DNA of 54,355 nt from Octopus sinensis (taxonomy: Eukaryota), in the NCBI RefSeq assembly GCF_006345805.1, contig NW_021833776.1, positions 1 to 54,355 on the forward strand, read 5' to 3'. A program made the translations under genes and the position numbers. The notes under the pieces were generated by a model. It did no database searches. It was not told the DNA's origin and worked only from the letters and a program-made list of their open reading frames with translations. This document shows positions 1 through 13,270 of this stretch, piece after piece (the stretch's first letter is position 1; each line of letters starts with the position of its first letter).

Positions 1-1183
1 ATATATACGACGGGGCTTCTTTCAGTTTCCGTCTACATAATCCACTCACAAGACCCCACGCTTTGTGTCGACCCGTGGCTATTGTTAGAAGACACCAACA
101 AAAATGTCACACAGTGGGATTGGACCTGGAACTATATATGGTTGAGAAGCAAGCTTCTTACCACACAGTCACGCCTGCGCCTTGTCACTTTCACTCGAGT
201 GTTCTCTAAGAGCCAACGATGTTGTCATTTTAAACCCACGAAGACATCTCCAGCTGGTTATTCAGTGCGCTTTCGCACTCGATATTTATTGCAAACGAAA
301 GAGAACCTCTTCCACCCTAGCTCAGCGGCCACCAGATGACATGATTTCGACCTTATTGTATCATTCCAGTGGTGGGTACGCGTTTGCCCGACATAGCAGT
401 AGTCTGACTTCGTTTGCAATATATAGAAAAACAGTGTCATGCAGTCACTGATCTTCTAACTAGCTAATATCGAACAGTGAAAATGAATGATCAAAACCCA
501 TTGGTGGAAAAATATTCATTATTTGCGGATTAACAAGGCAACCATTGGTTTCATACCAAAAGATCTTTACAATTGGTCAAGCGTGCCACATACGTGCGTG
601 CGTGATTGTGTGTCTGTGTGTGCTTGTGTATGTGTGCGTGTGCGTGGTGCGTGTGTGTGTGCGTGTGCGTGCGTACGTGCTTCGCCACTTGACTACCGAT
701 TTACTTAGCGGTCCGGCAAAACAGAAGGTAAATGAGTGCCGGCTTTAAAAAAAAATAAGTTCTGGTGTGGATCTGTTCGACTAAAACACTTCAAGGTGGT
801 ACCCCAGCGTGGCTGCATTAGCTGAAACGAGTAGTGAAAGATAAAATATACATACACACACAAACATATAAGTATGTATACATATATGTATGTATGCATG
901 TAGGTGTGAGTATATATATATGTATGTATGTATATGTATATGTATATGTATGTGCATGTATGTATGTGTATGTATGTATGTATGTATGTATATATTTATA
1001 TATATGCATGTATAAAAATCGCGTATCAGTTGTCCAAACGTGGTGCCTCGAATGACATGCTGGTGTGTATGTGTGTGTGAATGTGTATGTACGTGTGCGT
1101 GTGTGCGTGTGTGCGTATGCGTGTGTATGGGTGTATATATATATATATTGTATATATACCGAGAGAGAGAGAGAGAGAGAGAG

Positions 1184-1266
<83 letters not shown>

Positions 1267-2156
1267 GGCTATGCGCGCGTGTATGCATTAGTTGAGATTA
1301 GTTGAGTGAGTGCAGATCTGAGATTTATCAACCATCACCATCTGAGAGAAGGCCATGTGCACATGATGTGTGTGTGTATGTCTGTGTCTGTGTGTGCGCG
1401 TGTGTGTCTGTGTGTGCGTGCGCGTGTGGATACTTGCTTGTTCCTATATAGGTATATACATATGTGTATATGTATCTAATCAAATTCTCTATATATTTAA
1501 GTATACATCGTTCTTTGTGAGTGTCAGTTCACATTTCTGGGAAAGCACCCGAGTATCAGCTATCAGAGTTATCAATTTATCACACAACAGTAGCAACAAC
1601 AACAGCAACAATATACAGAACAAAAAAAAATATACAGAACAAAAAATTATTTTAGATCTGGTTAGGCTGTAATAATAGCTGTATATCCAGGTGTGTTTGT
1701 GTGTGTGTGTGTGCGTGTGTGTGTGTGTGTGGTGTATGTGTATGTATGCATGTGTGCGCGTGTGTGTGTTTGCTTGTGTGCGCATAAATTTGTATGTATG
1801 TCTGTTTGTATGTGTGTGTGTGTGTTTCTTTGTGCATGTTTATTTATCTGCTTGTGGAAGTTTGAGCGCACACACGTGCATATATATGTGCATATATTAT
1901 ATATTACATATATATATATATATATATGTATTTATTAATATGTAGCAGAAGCCAAAAAGTGACTCAAAGGCTGAGAGTTGGCACTTATCAAACCTAAGTT
2001 TGATCAGTGCTAACGCACGAAGTTTAGGTCCTTGAGTTACTCTCTATTGCTTCTACAAAGCATTAATAAAAGATACATACATATTACTCATGCTTTGAGT
2101 TTCTTTTTCCTGTTTGCCTCACCAAACCTATATATATAATATATATATATTATAAT

Positions 2157-2200
<44 letters not shown>

Positions 2201-2427
2201 TTCTTTATTACCCACAAGGGGCTAACACCGGACACAAATAAGGACAGACAAACGGATTAAGTCGATTATATCGACCCCAGTGCGTAGCTGGTATTTATTT
2301 AATCAACCCCGAAAGGATGAAAGGCAAAGTCGACCTCGGCGGAATTTGAACCCAGAACATAACGGCAGACGAAATACGGCTACGCATTTCGCCCGACGTG
2401 CTAACGTTTCTGCCAACTCGCCGCCTT
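2201..2427 (-). mobile_element. tRNA-derived SINE with GCCTTTCATCCTTTCGGGGTCGAT central domain (Meta-type)
   Basis: GGCGGCGAGTTGGCAGAAACGTTAGCACG...GGGTTCAAATTCC head; near-identical to the copies at 9564, 20421 and 25361. Confidence 0.8.
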
Positions 2428-2431
2428 ATAC

Positions 2432-2496
<65 letters not shown>

Positions 2497-3146
2497 TATA
2501 TATAAGAACATCATAGTAGTATGTTCACTCTCCGTAGAGAAACAGTAGAGTTTCAGGAGACGAGTTTGTGGTACCAAATAAGAAATAGTTTATAAAATAT
2601 CTAAAATAAGATCAGTTATTGTTGATCGAAGAGAGGTGAGTTCAAACAGTACTTGTATCACAGTGTAATAATGTCTAAGAAAAGCATTTTTGTCCTAGAG
2701 AAATCTTCGATTAATTATGCAACGCCTGATGTTTTACTGTCTTTCAATACCATTCTTTGATAATTGCTTTTAAATCTAAAATAATATATATCAAAACAAT
2801 GTATCAATATCATCGATACAGAAATACTTTATTATTACAGCTTTCAAGTAAGATGTTGATCGTCGGCCATAGTGGTTGTTCTCGTTTTTGCGTTTCAGAC
2901 CCAAGTTTTTTGGATTCCATGACTGTCTTTTCGTTGAGATGTATAGTGGAATGATAGGCATTAATTTTTTGTAAAATCCATATGGCTCGCTGTTGCAGTC
3001 CTTTTAGAAACTTATAAAAAATATAGGAATCATCATTTCATAAGGAAATATATTGTTATATATATTTATGGAAAATATTAAACACAAATTATAGCTAATA
3101 CTCATTCAATTGGGGTTATGTTTTTGAACTGAACTTTGAAGTTATA

Positions 3147-3552
3147 GGATCTTTTCGGTTTGAACGGCAGTTTTTAACATAATTTCAGGTAACTAAAAAA
3201 TTTTAAACTTCGTATACTGGTAGAATGTGTTTATAAAACATATTTTTCTCTTGGCTTTGAGAAAATTCTATAGTTTGTAAGATATTTGTTGTTCTTTTTC
3301 TGCAATTTCTGCAATTTCAACCAATCAAATACGTCCATTGAGGTAAACAACATTCTGTGCTGTATGAATATGTCCCTCGTTTAAGAAACAGATTGGGTTT
3401 ATTTACATTTGTGAAGAAAAAAAGATACCATTCCCCCACCCCTAACCCTAAAATAGATTGAAATGCAATAGATCGATACTAGGGTCATAATTATGGGTGA
3501 CAATTTCATATGACACCGCTAGAAAAAACTGCCGTTCAAACCGAAAAGATCC
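3147..3552. mobile_element. MITE with 29-bp perfect TIRs and 8-bp TSD (Merlin-like)
   Basis: GGATCTTTTCGGTTTGAACGGCAGTTTTT at 3147-3175 and its reverse complement at 3524-3552; flanks AAGTTATA / AAATTATA (7 of 8 identical). Confidence 0.8.
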
Positions 3553-4768
3553 AAATTATATTTTAAAATGTGAATTATAACATGGCTATTGAATATTTTT
3601 AAATACTCTTATTAAACAGTTTGTGGTTTGAACCAAAAGAAACAAGAGCATTTTGACAACGTTATTGTCTTTAAAATAGAGAAATGACACATTGAATTAG
3701 GCAGCCTTCAACAGCAGCAATAAGTCGCCAAATTACAAACGAGCCTGCCAGCTAACCACAGTTGTGCGATGAAAATTGAGCTATACAATGTTCTTTTCCA
3801 AATCACATTCAATCCTTCATGTGGCGATAACATTTCATAAAGCAACTCAGTCAACTATCAACAGTTTCATAAGGTCATGTCATTAAAAAGTTTTCCCTCC
3901 AAAACACACGGTTCCGAGATCGACTATAATGCGCAGCACTTTAAACAAGTATTTTCTTTAATAGTCTTTTGTAAATGGAAATATGTAGGACGAGAACGGT
4001 ACAGAAGACCTATATATATATATATATATATATATATCATATACTAGCAGAGATTTTTTATTGTTTAATTGTGTTAGTCATGTGTCTCCGGCCATACTGG
4101 AACACCGCCTTTAGTCGAAAAAATAGACCAGAGGAGTTTTTCTTTGTAAACCTATTACTTAGTTTATCAGTGTCTTTTGCCGAACCGCTAAGTTAAGGGA
4201 ACGTAAACACAGCAACATTAGTTGTCAAGCAATGGTGGGGGTGCAAACGCAGACACACACACACACGCACATATATACACATATATACGACAGTCATTAT
4301 TTTGTTCCACCGGTCGATCACATACGTCAAGGAGTAAGAAAGCAGTGGAATAACGCCAGGTGATGTGTTAATCATCTGTTGTCGTCTGGTATGCATTGGG
4401 TGGGTGCTGAGGCCTTAGTCTCGTGTCGGCAAGTAGAAGTTAGGCTATAAAGCTTTTCTGAGAAGCAGATGCTGCAGGATTTGAAAGAGCCTTTATCTAA
4501 CATTTCCCAGCAGATGCTACTGATCTCTTCTTTGTCTCTTGCATTCTAAACAAGTTCTGAAATCTACGATGCGTTCACCAAGTGGTGATAGTAACACAAT
4601 CTTTAAATAAAATAAGCGTACTGGTTTCTGTTTGCAGATATAAATTTCTTTTTGATGTTGATAGTGATAACGACCATATGAGTACCAGTTCAACTTCAAC
4701 ATTATCACTTCCGCCACCACTAATGATACAAGGTTAACTACTACTATTATGACACTAACCTTATAACT

Positions 4769-4818
<50 letters not shown>

Positions 4819-5470
4819 CTGTCCAATATCACGGAGGAGGGAGTAGGAGAAAGAGTAGTATAAGTGAAGTGAGAGGAGAGGAAATAGTAATTCAGTGAAG
4901 GGGAAGTAGTGAGAGTAATAGCCATGACTGAGAAGGAGTGAGAGAAAGTAATAGCAATGGAAGAGAGGAAGTGGTAAAGAGCGCGTCGTTTATCTTCAAC
5001 AATAATAATACTCTTGTGTTTTTGTCCGTCACAACATACGAATGAGAAAGGAAGGGCTGATAAATGAATAACGAAGGAAGGGGTGGAAAAAAATCAGCTT
5101 TTCAACTCTGTGAGTATATGTGTGTGTATGTAAAAGGGAGATATGTGATTGTTTGTGTGTGTGTGTGAATGTGTGTGTGTACATGTGTGCGTGTGTACGT
5201 GTATGTGTGTGGTGTGCAAGTGAAGTATGTGAATGTATGTGAACATTGACAAGTGTATAATTTATTTACCATTCATATATTCTACTATAATAATACTCTT
5301 CTGTATTTCTCTGTCACAACATATGAATGAGAAAAGGATGGGTGATAGATGAATAAGGAAGGAAAGGGTGACGGCAAACTTAGTAGTGGGATGATGGAAG
5401 TTCTACGGTGAAAAAAATCAAACAGCGTTTCAACTCTGCGTGAGTATAAGTGTAAAAGGGAGTCATGTAA

Positions 5471-5556
<86 letters not shown>

Positions 5557-5823
5557 TTATACAATGGAAGTGTTATGGTGAACGTTCAACGCTGAAAAGA
5601 AAAATCAAACAGCGTTTCAACTATCTGTGAGTGTATGTGTGTATGTGTGCGCGTGTACAAAGGAAGTATGTGAATATTTGTATCTGTGATTATTATGTAC
5701 CTTATTTTGTGCCTTGTTTATATATAAAATACTACAATTAGCCATCAATTTTGATGGCACGTGCGCAGCTAGTAACAACAACAACAACAACAACAATAAT
5801 AATAATAATAACAACAACACATA

Positions 5824-6472
5824 ATGAAAAGAAATACAAATAACTGCAGAATCTGTGGTGATGCAGAAGGAATATTAAACCATTATCTCTGGCTGCCAGT
5901 CCTGGTTAAGAAGGAATATATTCACAGACACGACAGAGTTGGGACCTATATACACTGGAAGTTATGTCCACACTATGGAATAACAACAACAACAAATACG
6001 GTATAGGCACACCCCAGAAAAGGTCACAGAAAATGAGAAAGCAACCATTCTCTAGAGTATGCCAATACTCACAAGGCTTTGATGTTGGATATAGTTGTCA
6101 GAGATCACCAAAAAAAAATGTTTTATAATCAATGTATTATAACAGTAGATAACAACGTTTCTCTAAAAGAAACGGAGATGCTTTCAAAATACAAAGATCG
6201 GGAAATAGAGATAACTCGAATGTGGAGCCTAAACACGGAAGCAATTCCTACTATAGTAGGTGCATTAAGTATGATTAAAAAAAAACATTTCGACAAATAC
6301 ATAGCAAAAACACCAGGACTTACTTACAAGTATATTTAACATGCAGAAAATAGCATCACTAGGTACCGCACACATCCTACGTACAACACTGTCAATACAG
6401 TGAAAATAAGAGTACCACAACATACCCGAAGCAAACAGAGCTACGCTCGATAATGTAGTGAAAGCACTGAGT
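5824..6472 (+). mobile_element. R2/R4-type (restriction-like endonuclease) LINE 3' fragment
   Basis: CRICG..E..NH CCHC knuckle, YIHRHDRVG (RHD motif), DIVVRDH..., LSKYKDREIEITRMW..., followed by an (AAC)/(AAT)n tail. Confidence 0.75.
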
Positions 6473-6522
6473 AATACCAACAACAACAACAACAACAACA
6501 ATAAAAAAATAATAATAATAAT

Positions 6523-7055
6523 GATTATTCCTTTATTAACCACTAGAGTATGCATTAAGAAAAACATGGACAGTGCAGGACAAAACGAAGAATGTGTGTG
6601 TGTATGTGTGTGAGTGTGTGTTGTGAGGGGTTTGAGTGTAAACAAGACTATTCATTTTTAAAATCAACAATGTGTGATCCTCAATAGGGAGGAGACTTCG
6701 AGGGCTGCTCATGGAAAAACCCCATAAAAAACCATGGGTACCGTGACTTTTGGGGCAGATGCCCTTTTCCTTTTTTCCAACTACAGGCTTATGCTCAGGG
6801 CCGGCCCGCTCACTCGCACCATTCTCGCTACATTCATCCACTTTTCAGCAAACTGGTTAGAAGACATTCTTCCCTCTCTACCCTTACTTTTCTTTTCAAG
6901 TGAAACTTGAAGACGTTGATCAGAGATTGGCCAAAGAGAAAAGTATTTGTTTTCAGCCCCTTCAATATCGTCCACCATACAACCCCTTTTGCCATGATCA
7001 CCAGACATATACAAACAACCTTTCCTTCTTGATTAAAGGAAGGCGGCGGGGCGAA
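6523..7055 (-). mobile_element. Tx1/L1-type LINE 3' fragment
   Basis: Minus-strand translation ...VIMAKGVVWWTILKGLKTNTFLFGQSLINVFKFHLKRKVRVERE; homologous to the copies at 7.6, 21.2 and 51.6 kb. Confidence 0.75.
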
Positions 7056-7059
7056 TAAT

Positions 7060-7348
7060 AAAGGTTTGAATAATTCACCTCTGGAGACAAGAGTGCTTCG
7101 TTCATCATCATTAAACAAACCTTATTCGGGGACTTTTTGAGCTGGAGGGATCACTCAACCTGAAGAAAATTCTAACCTGCAAAGTTATGCGCTGTTTATC
7201 TAGATATGAAGTCACCATGTCGCACACATATGGCTGTGATTGCATGTGCCTGATGTGCTCTTATCAGATGGATAGTCATGATGGTTATATTAGGCTTCGT
7301 ATATTTGTACCCCAGGGTCACTTTGATGGCATGCGCTGCTCTCTCACT
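7060..7348 (+). mobile_element. Dispersed repeat (probable LINE 3' UTR) ending at a trinucleotide tract
   Basis: Homologous to the reverse complement of 52333-52590; ends ...CTCTCTCACT followed by (GAA)n. Confidence 0.6.
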
Positions 7349-7590
7349 GAAGAAGAAGAAGAAGAAGAAAAAGAAGAGGAGAGGAAGTGGAAATGGAAGA
7401 GAAGAAGAAAAGAAGAAGAAGAAGAAGAAGAAGAAGAATAAGAAGAAGAAGAAGTAGAAGAAGAAGAAGAAGAAGAAGAAGAGAAGAAGAAGAGAAGAAG
7501 AAGAAGAAGAAAAGAAGAAGAAGAAGTAGAAGAAGAAGAAGAAGAAGAAGAAGAAAAGAAGAAGAAGAAGAAGAAGAAGAAGAAGAAGAA
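7349..7590. repeat. (GAA)n microsatellite, ~240 bp
   Basis: Direct reading. Confidence 0.95.
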
Positions 7591-8405
7591 GGATTCTTCT
7601 ATTAACCACAAGGGTTTGCATTGAGAAAAATATGATGGACAACACACAAGACAAAACAGAGAACGTGTGTGTATGTGAGTTTGTGTTGTTGCTAGGGTTT
7701 GCGTGTAAACAAGACTAACAACTTTTTTTTAATTCTTTTAAATAAGAAAGAAAGAAAAAGAAAGTAAGAACTCAACAATGTGTAATCCTCAATAGAGAGG
7801 AGACGTTCGGGGGGGGGGACTGCTCATGGAAAAACTCCATAAAAAATCATGGGTACCGTTACTTTTGGGGCAGGTGCCTTTTTTACTTTCACTTTTTCCA
7901 ACTACAGGCGTATTCTCAGGGCAGGCCCATTCACTCGCACCATTCTCGCCACTTTCGTCCACTTTTCAGCAAACTGTCAAAAAGACGACACTTTCCTCTT
8001 TACCGTTATTTTCCTTTTCATGTGAAACTTGAAGATGTTGATCAGAGATTGGTCAAAGAGAAAAGTGTTTGTCTTCAGCCCCTTCAATCTCGTTCACCGT
8101 ACAACCTCTTTCGTCATGGCCACCAGACATATAAAACAGCCTTTCCTTCCCGATTAAAGAAAGGTGGCGTGGTGATCTTCAGTTGATAGCTAGATCCGTC
8201 CTACACGTCACAGGCCAGTAATACTCGGACACTGGACGAGTGCATGCAGGGCCGTCTCGTCGTCCTACACGCATCCCGGACATGCTCGGCTGACGGCACT
8301 TCCGTGCCTGTAAAGTTTATCTCGAACAGGCACTGCTCGGCCAGAGATTTTTTGAAATTATTCAACGATCCCGGCCCGAAAGTTCTCTGGAAAAGAACGA
8401 CTAGC
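7591..8405 (-). mobile_element. Tx1/L1-type LINE 3' fragment (zf-RVT region plus 3' UTR)
   Basis: LFQRTFGPGSLNNF... followed in a shifted frame by RDKLYRHG..CP.C...ETALHALVQCPS; same 3' UTR as the 6.5-7.0 kb copy. Confidence 0.75.
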
Positions 8406-8869
8406 TGATCTTCTTCGGCTAATGATAATAATAATATCTGCAATGTATCAACTATTACTGAAATAAGCATTCCTATCATCAGCATTACACTTATTCACAC
8501 CGTCACTACATATACTGCTTCTTCCGTCGTCGTCGTTGTTGTTGTTGTTGTTTATGCTAGTGCTGTTGTCTTCTTCTTCTTCCAATCAGGACTCACGCCA
8601 TTAGCCACAAAGAATAATCTCTAATTCGAGCCTACTCTAAGCTACTAAAAATGCGTGTGGCAACATGAAGATGCACCCACCACACGCGATAGACTGGCGG
8701 TTGCACGGGCGCGAAAACTACGTTGTTATCCTCATTCCGTAAACGGTGGCTTTTAACGGGTGGAGAGCTGAACCATCCTGGGGTACAGAGGATTCTCAAT
8801 CTAGACTAGGGTCTGAAAGTTTACCACACCATAGTGGGTTACACTATGGTTCCTCTGCTTTGTGGCAGA

Positions 8870-9060
8870 AGTAGGCAGAAAAAGTGAGAGAAAGTTGTGG
8901 TGAAAGAGTACAGCGGGGTTCACCCTCCCGCCCCGCCAGAGCCTTGTGGAGCTTAGGTGTTTTTGCTCAATAAACACTCACAATGCCCGGTCTGGGAATC
9001 GAAACTGCGTTCTTACGACCGCGAGTCCGCTGCCCTAACCACTGGGCCATTGCGTCTCCA
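8870..9060 (-). mobile_element. Third tRNA-derived SINE family (partial copy at 45080-45205)
   Basis: Head TGGAGACGCAATGGCCCAGTGGTTAGGGCAGCGGACTCGCGGTCGTAAG...GTTTCGATTCCCAGACCGGGC, with A/B boxes but no complete tRNA cloverleaf. Confidence 0.75.
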
Positions 9061-9098
9061 CAGTGCTGTTGTTGCTACTTCTACTGCTACTGCTACTT

Positions 9099-9135
<37 letters not shown>

Positions 9136-9563
9136 CACTAAAGTGATCTACTGTTATTGTCATGCCTCTTTACAGTTTTCCGTGACAGCTCCATTATCTA
9201 ATTATAAGAAACGTGCAACAACAATGCAATGATTCATCATACGACCACGTGAAAGATGAGCATAAACTGCATCCTCATCGACACTACTACCACTTCAACC
9301 ACTACCACCGGCATCATCATCATCATAATCAATTATATCTGATGTAGACAAATAGGTTTACAACCGCACGCAACCAAGTAACCATTACCATCATCATCTC
9401 AAACATCTAATAATAATAATAATTATCATTATTCAATTTTCTGCCAAAAGGACAGCTTGGGGAAGATGGAGATTAGTCGATTACGTGGATTATTTTATCG
9501 ACCGAAAGGCAAAGTCGACCTCGACGGAATTTGAACTCACAACGTAGCGACGGGCAAAATATC

Positions 9564-9796
9564 TATTTCTTTACTACCCACAAGGGGCTAAACACAGAGA
9601 GGACAAACAAGGACAGACAAACGGATTAATTCGATTATATCGACCCCAGTGCGTAACTGGTACTTATTTAATCGACCCCGAAAGGATGAAAAGCAAAGTC
9701 GACCTCGGCGGAATTTGAACTCAGAACGTAGCAGCAGACGAAATACCGCTAAGCATTTCGCCCGACGGACTAATATTTCTGCCAGCTCGCCGCCTT
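9564..9796 (-). mobile_element. Same SINE family, full copy (partial copy just upstream at ~9440-9560)
   Basis: Full head-to-tail match to 2201-2427. Confidence 0.8.
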
Positions 9797-9808
9797 AATA
9801 ATAATAGC

Positions 9809-9857
<49 letters not shown>

Positions 9858-9859
9858 GC

Positions 9860-9914
<55 letters not shown>

Positions 9915-9924
9915 TAATAATAAT

Positions 9925-9983
9925 AATTTCTACTATAGGTAAAAGGCCTGAAATTTTGGGGGAGGGGACAAGTCGATTGAATC
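9925..9983 (-). mobile_element. 3' part of a SINE split by the CR1 insertion (remainder at 13357-13507)
   Basis: ...AGTCGATTGAATC | LINE | ACCCCAGT... reconstructs the SINE motif AGTCGATTAAATCGACCCCAGT. Confidence 0.7.
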
Positions 9984-9984
9984 A

Positions 9985-10386
9985 GGCATAAACCGCCTAA
10001 AAGATGACATTAATTTTGTTTCCGTTTTGGTTGGAAAATTGTTCTCTGTGAACGAAAATGTCAGTGTTCTTAAGGTCGCTCGGCTAGGAAGATTCCAAGC
10101 GAACCCAACCGCAGATACTAGACCACGCCCAATAAGGGTAATCTTTTCTTCTGATCGGGAGGCTTCAGTCTTTCTGAACAGAGCTCAGACGCATGCCTGG
10201 GAGGACCCCAATATGGGTTTTCGCGAGGAATACTCACTAAGAGAGAGAATTCGCCGGAGGAACCTGATATCCGAGCTAAAGATGAGGAAACAAATGGGAG
10301 AGAAGGGTTTACGAATCCAAGATGGACAGATAATCAAGTCCTACCTCTGGTCCCATGCTGTAGTGCTGACAGGGAAAGTGATGTGA
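9985..10386 (+). pseudogene. C-terminal part of LINE ORF1 protein
   Basis: Frame is open from the insertion junction (GINRLKDD...RLG...RPRPIRVIF...ERIRRRNLISELKMRKQMGEKGLRIQDGQII), typical of the C-terminal region of CR1/L2-type ORF1. Confidence 0.75.
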
Positions 10387-13270
10387 GGGCAAATCGAAGT
10401 GAAGTTGATACCCCCGTCAACGATGCTATCTCTGATGCCCTTTATTCTGCTTGTTCCCCAACTCCCGCCCCTCAGACTTCACAGCTCAGCATCGTCTACA
10501 CCAACTCGTGCTCCTTATTCCCAAAGTTCAGTGAACTATTTACACTGGCCCTACGCGACTCCCCTGATGTGATAGCTATCACCGAGACTTGGCTGACTCC
10601 AGCAGTAAAGGACTCAGAGATCCACCTGCAGGGCTACGTCCTTTTCAGATGTGACAGAGGAAAAAGGCGAGGTGGAGGTGTTGCTGTGTATGTTAAGTCT
10701 GAGCACAAACCGTCCTGCGGTATTCTACCCACAAATGCTCAACCTACAACCAAATTCGATGCCGTCTATTGCAACTGAGCCTATCTGAGTTTTTCCTGCC
10801 CGTGTTGGCTGTCTACAGGCCGCCTCTAGCCGACCCCCAGGACGATGCTCATCTACTCGAAGCGATAAGATTCGTTTCAGCTTCGCATGACTGCTTGGTA
10901 CTAGGCGATTTCAACGCTCCCACGATCGATTGGCCCGCATCAATTTGTACAACATCTTCCCGGTTCGGCCAGGCCCTTCTTGACGTGGCTGAAGATTGTT
11001 TTCTATCGCAACATGTTGAATATCCGACAAGGCATCGGTCTGGGCAGCAGCCATCTATGCTAGATCTGGTATTCTCCCGCTATCCAAGATCAGTGTCAGA
11101 CGTATCTGTGTGCGCCCCTCTTGCCAAGAGTGATCATGCGGTCCTGAAGTTCGTCATGCACACAACTTTTTCCACGCCCACGATTACTTCGCTGCCACGT
11201 AGAGTCTTCTCTGCAATTAATCTTGAAATTCTAACCGAGGCTTCCGCACTTCTGGACTGGCATTCCCTGATGACGTTGTCCTCAGTTGACGAACTATGGT
11301 CATCCCTCAAAGCATATGTAATCTGTTTGACTGACCAGGCAGTTCCCGTTGGACTTCCCAAGAGGAAGAAACACAAGCCCTGGGTGACGAAGAAGGTTAA
11401 ACGAGAACGTCGACTCAGAGATATTGCTTGGGCTGAATTCAAAAATCTGGATTCGACTGCAGCTTTTGAGGTGTACAAAACTCAACGAGACCGAGCCGTG
11501 AAAATTGAAAAGAAAGAACGCTTCAGTTATGAATACAAAATCGCGGCAAATGCCAGTAGCAATCCAAAAACCTTCTTTGCCCATGTCCAGCGGAATTCCC
11601 GCTTGAACAACCAGATTGCAACGTTGGTAGACTCAACAGGCGTATCGATTGAGGACCCTTATCAACAGAGTCAATTATTTGCCGAGGCTTTTTCAACTAT
11701 TTTCAAACAAGATGATGGTCGTGAACCCCCTCCATTTGACAGATCGATACCTCCAATGCTTCGATTGATCATCACGCGGGACCAAGTCAAACGTATTATT
11801 CAAAGCCTCGATGTCAACAAGGGTCACGGCCCTGACGGCATACACCCACGGGTTATCAAAGCGTTGGCTCCGGTCATCTGCCAGCCCTTAACACGACTAT
11901 TCAATATGTCATTGGCGACGGGTGTTATACCTGCAGACTGGAGAACAGCGATAATCTGCCCAATTTTCAAGAAAGGGAGCCGCGAAGACCCGCTTAACTA
12001 CCGACCGGTTTCCCTTACATCAATAATCAGCAAGATGTTCGAAACCATCCTTAAGAAAAGTATGATGCTCCACCTCCTAAACACAGCCTCGATCACTGAT
12101 TCCCAACACGGCTTCGTGCCGAAGAGATCATGCTTGACCAACTTACTAGTAATGGAAGAATTGGTGACGCGCATCCTCGATGATAGTGATGCTGTTGACA
12201 TCGTTTTATTGGGCTTTGCCAAAGCTTTTGACTCGGTAAACCACCGCCTACTACTTGTCAAGCTTCAAGCATATAGTTTCCATCCGGATATTGTACGATG
12301 GGTTGGTGCCTTCCTCTCAGATCGCTCCTTCCAAGTTCAAGTTAATGGTTCGCGGTCCGACGTCTCCAGTGCGAGCAGTGGCGTGCCTCAAGGTTCAGTG
12401 CTTGGGCCCTTGTTGTTCTTAGTCTTCATAAATGACTTGCCCGACGACCTCACGCAACACACCCTTCTATTTGCCGACGATATCAAACTGGTCGCTCCTC
12501 GCGGTAGTATAGAGGATCTTCGTCGATGCTTCCACCAAATTTGGAAGTGGTCTAACGATTGGGACCTGTGTCTGAACGTGTCAAAGTGCTGTCATCTGCC
12601 TGTCGGCTCTACTCCTGCAACTCAACTTGATTTCGAGCCGGGTCGTCTGCTGCTGGAGAGGACCGATCAGGTAAAGGACCTGGGTATCTTGGTGGATTCC
12701 TCCTTTTCGCCTTCGGCCCAGTGCGTCCATGCTGCCAACAAAGCGCGCGGAATTCTGTTTTTGATTCGACGGTCATTCGGAATGCTCACAGCAGCCATAT
12801 TCCTGCCACTCTATGTCACGCTGGTGAGACCCATATTGGAGTATGGGATTCAAGCCTCTTCTCCTTATCTCCTCAAAGACATACAGCACCTCGAAAGAGT
12901 CCAGAGGCTGGCTACCCGCATGGTTCATGGTCTCAAAAATTTGTCCTACGAAGAAAGGCTGAGGACGCTCGACCTTTGTTCTCTTGAAAAACGCCGCCGC
13001 CGTGGTGATCTCATTCTCGCCCACAACATCATAAGCGGGAAGTGTAACCTCTCGAAAGAGCTGTTCTTCACTCCTGCTCCGGAGCGTCGGCTGCGGGGTC
13101 ATTCCGAAAAGCTCTACTTGCGACGATTTCATCTCAATCGAAGGAGAGGAGCTTTCTCCGTCCGGGTTGCGGATCCGTGGAACAAGCTGCCAGACGAGAT
13201 GGTGAAGATGCCGACGACCGCTTTGTTCAAAGCCACCCTGGACCTCAAGTGGCCTGAACTCTTTACATGA
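10383..13270 (+). pseudogene. LINE ORF2 endonuclease-reverse transcriptase with one frameshift near 10770
   Basis: ORFs 10383..10778 and 10769..13270 join into one EN-RT frame if one base is added near 10770 (TAT TGC CAA CTG). RT motif A reads LLGFAKAFD instead of LLDFxKAFD. Confidence 0.9.

Noticed and set aside
4990-5640. Three diverged ~100-280-bp direct repeats with (GT)n spacers resembling a repeat-spacer array
   Set aside because: Ordinary degenerate tandem duplication around microsatellites; no CRISPR-like regularity, and eukaryotic context.
8990-9060. tRNA gene at SINE heads (also 43070-43136)
   Set aside because: A/B boxes are present but acceptor and anticodon stems are incomplete and the sequence continues into SINE body.
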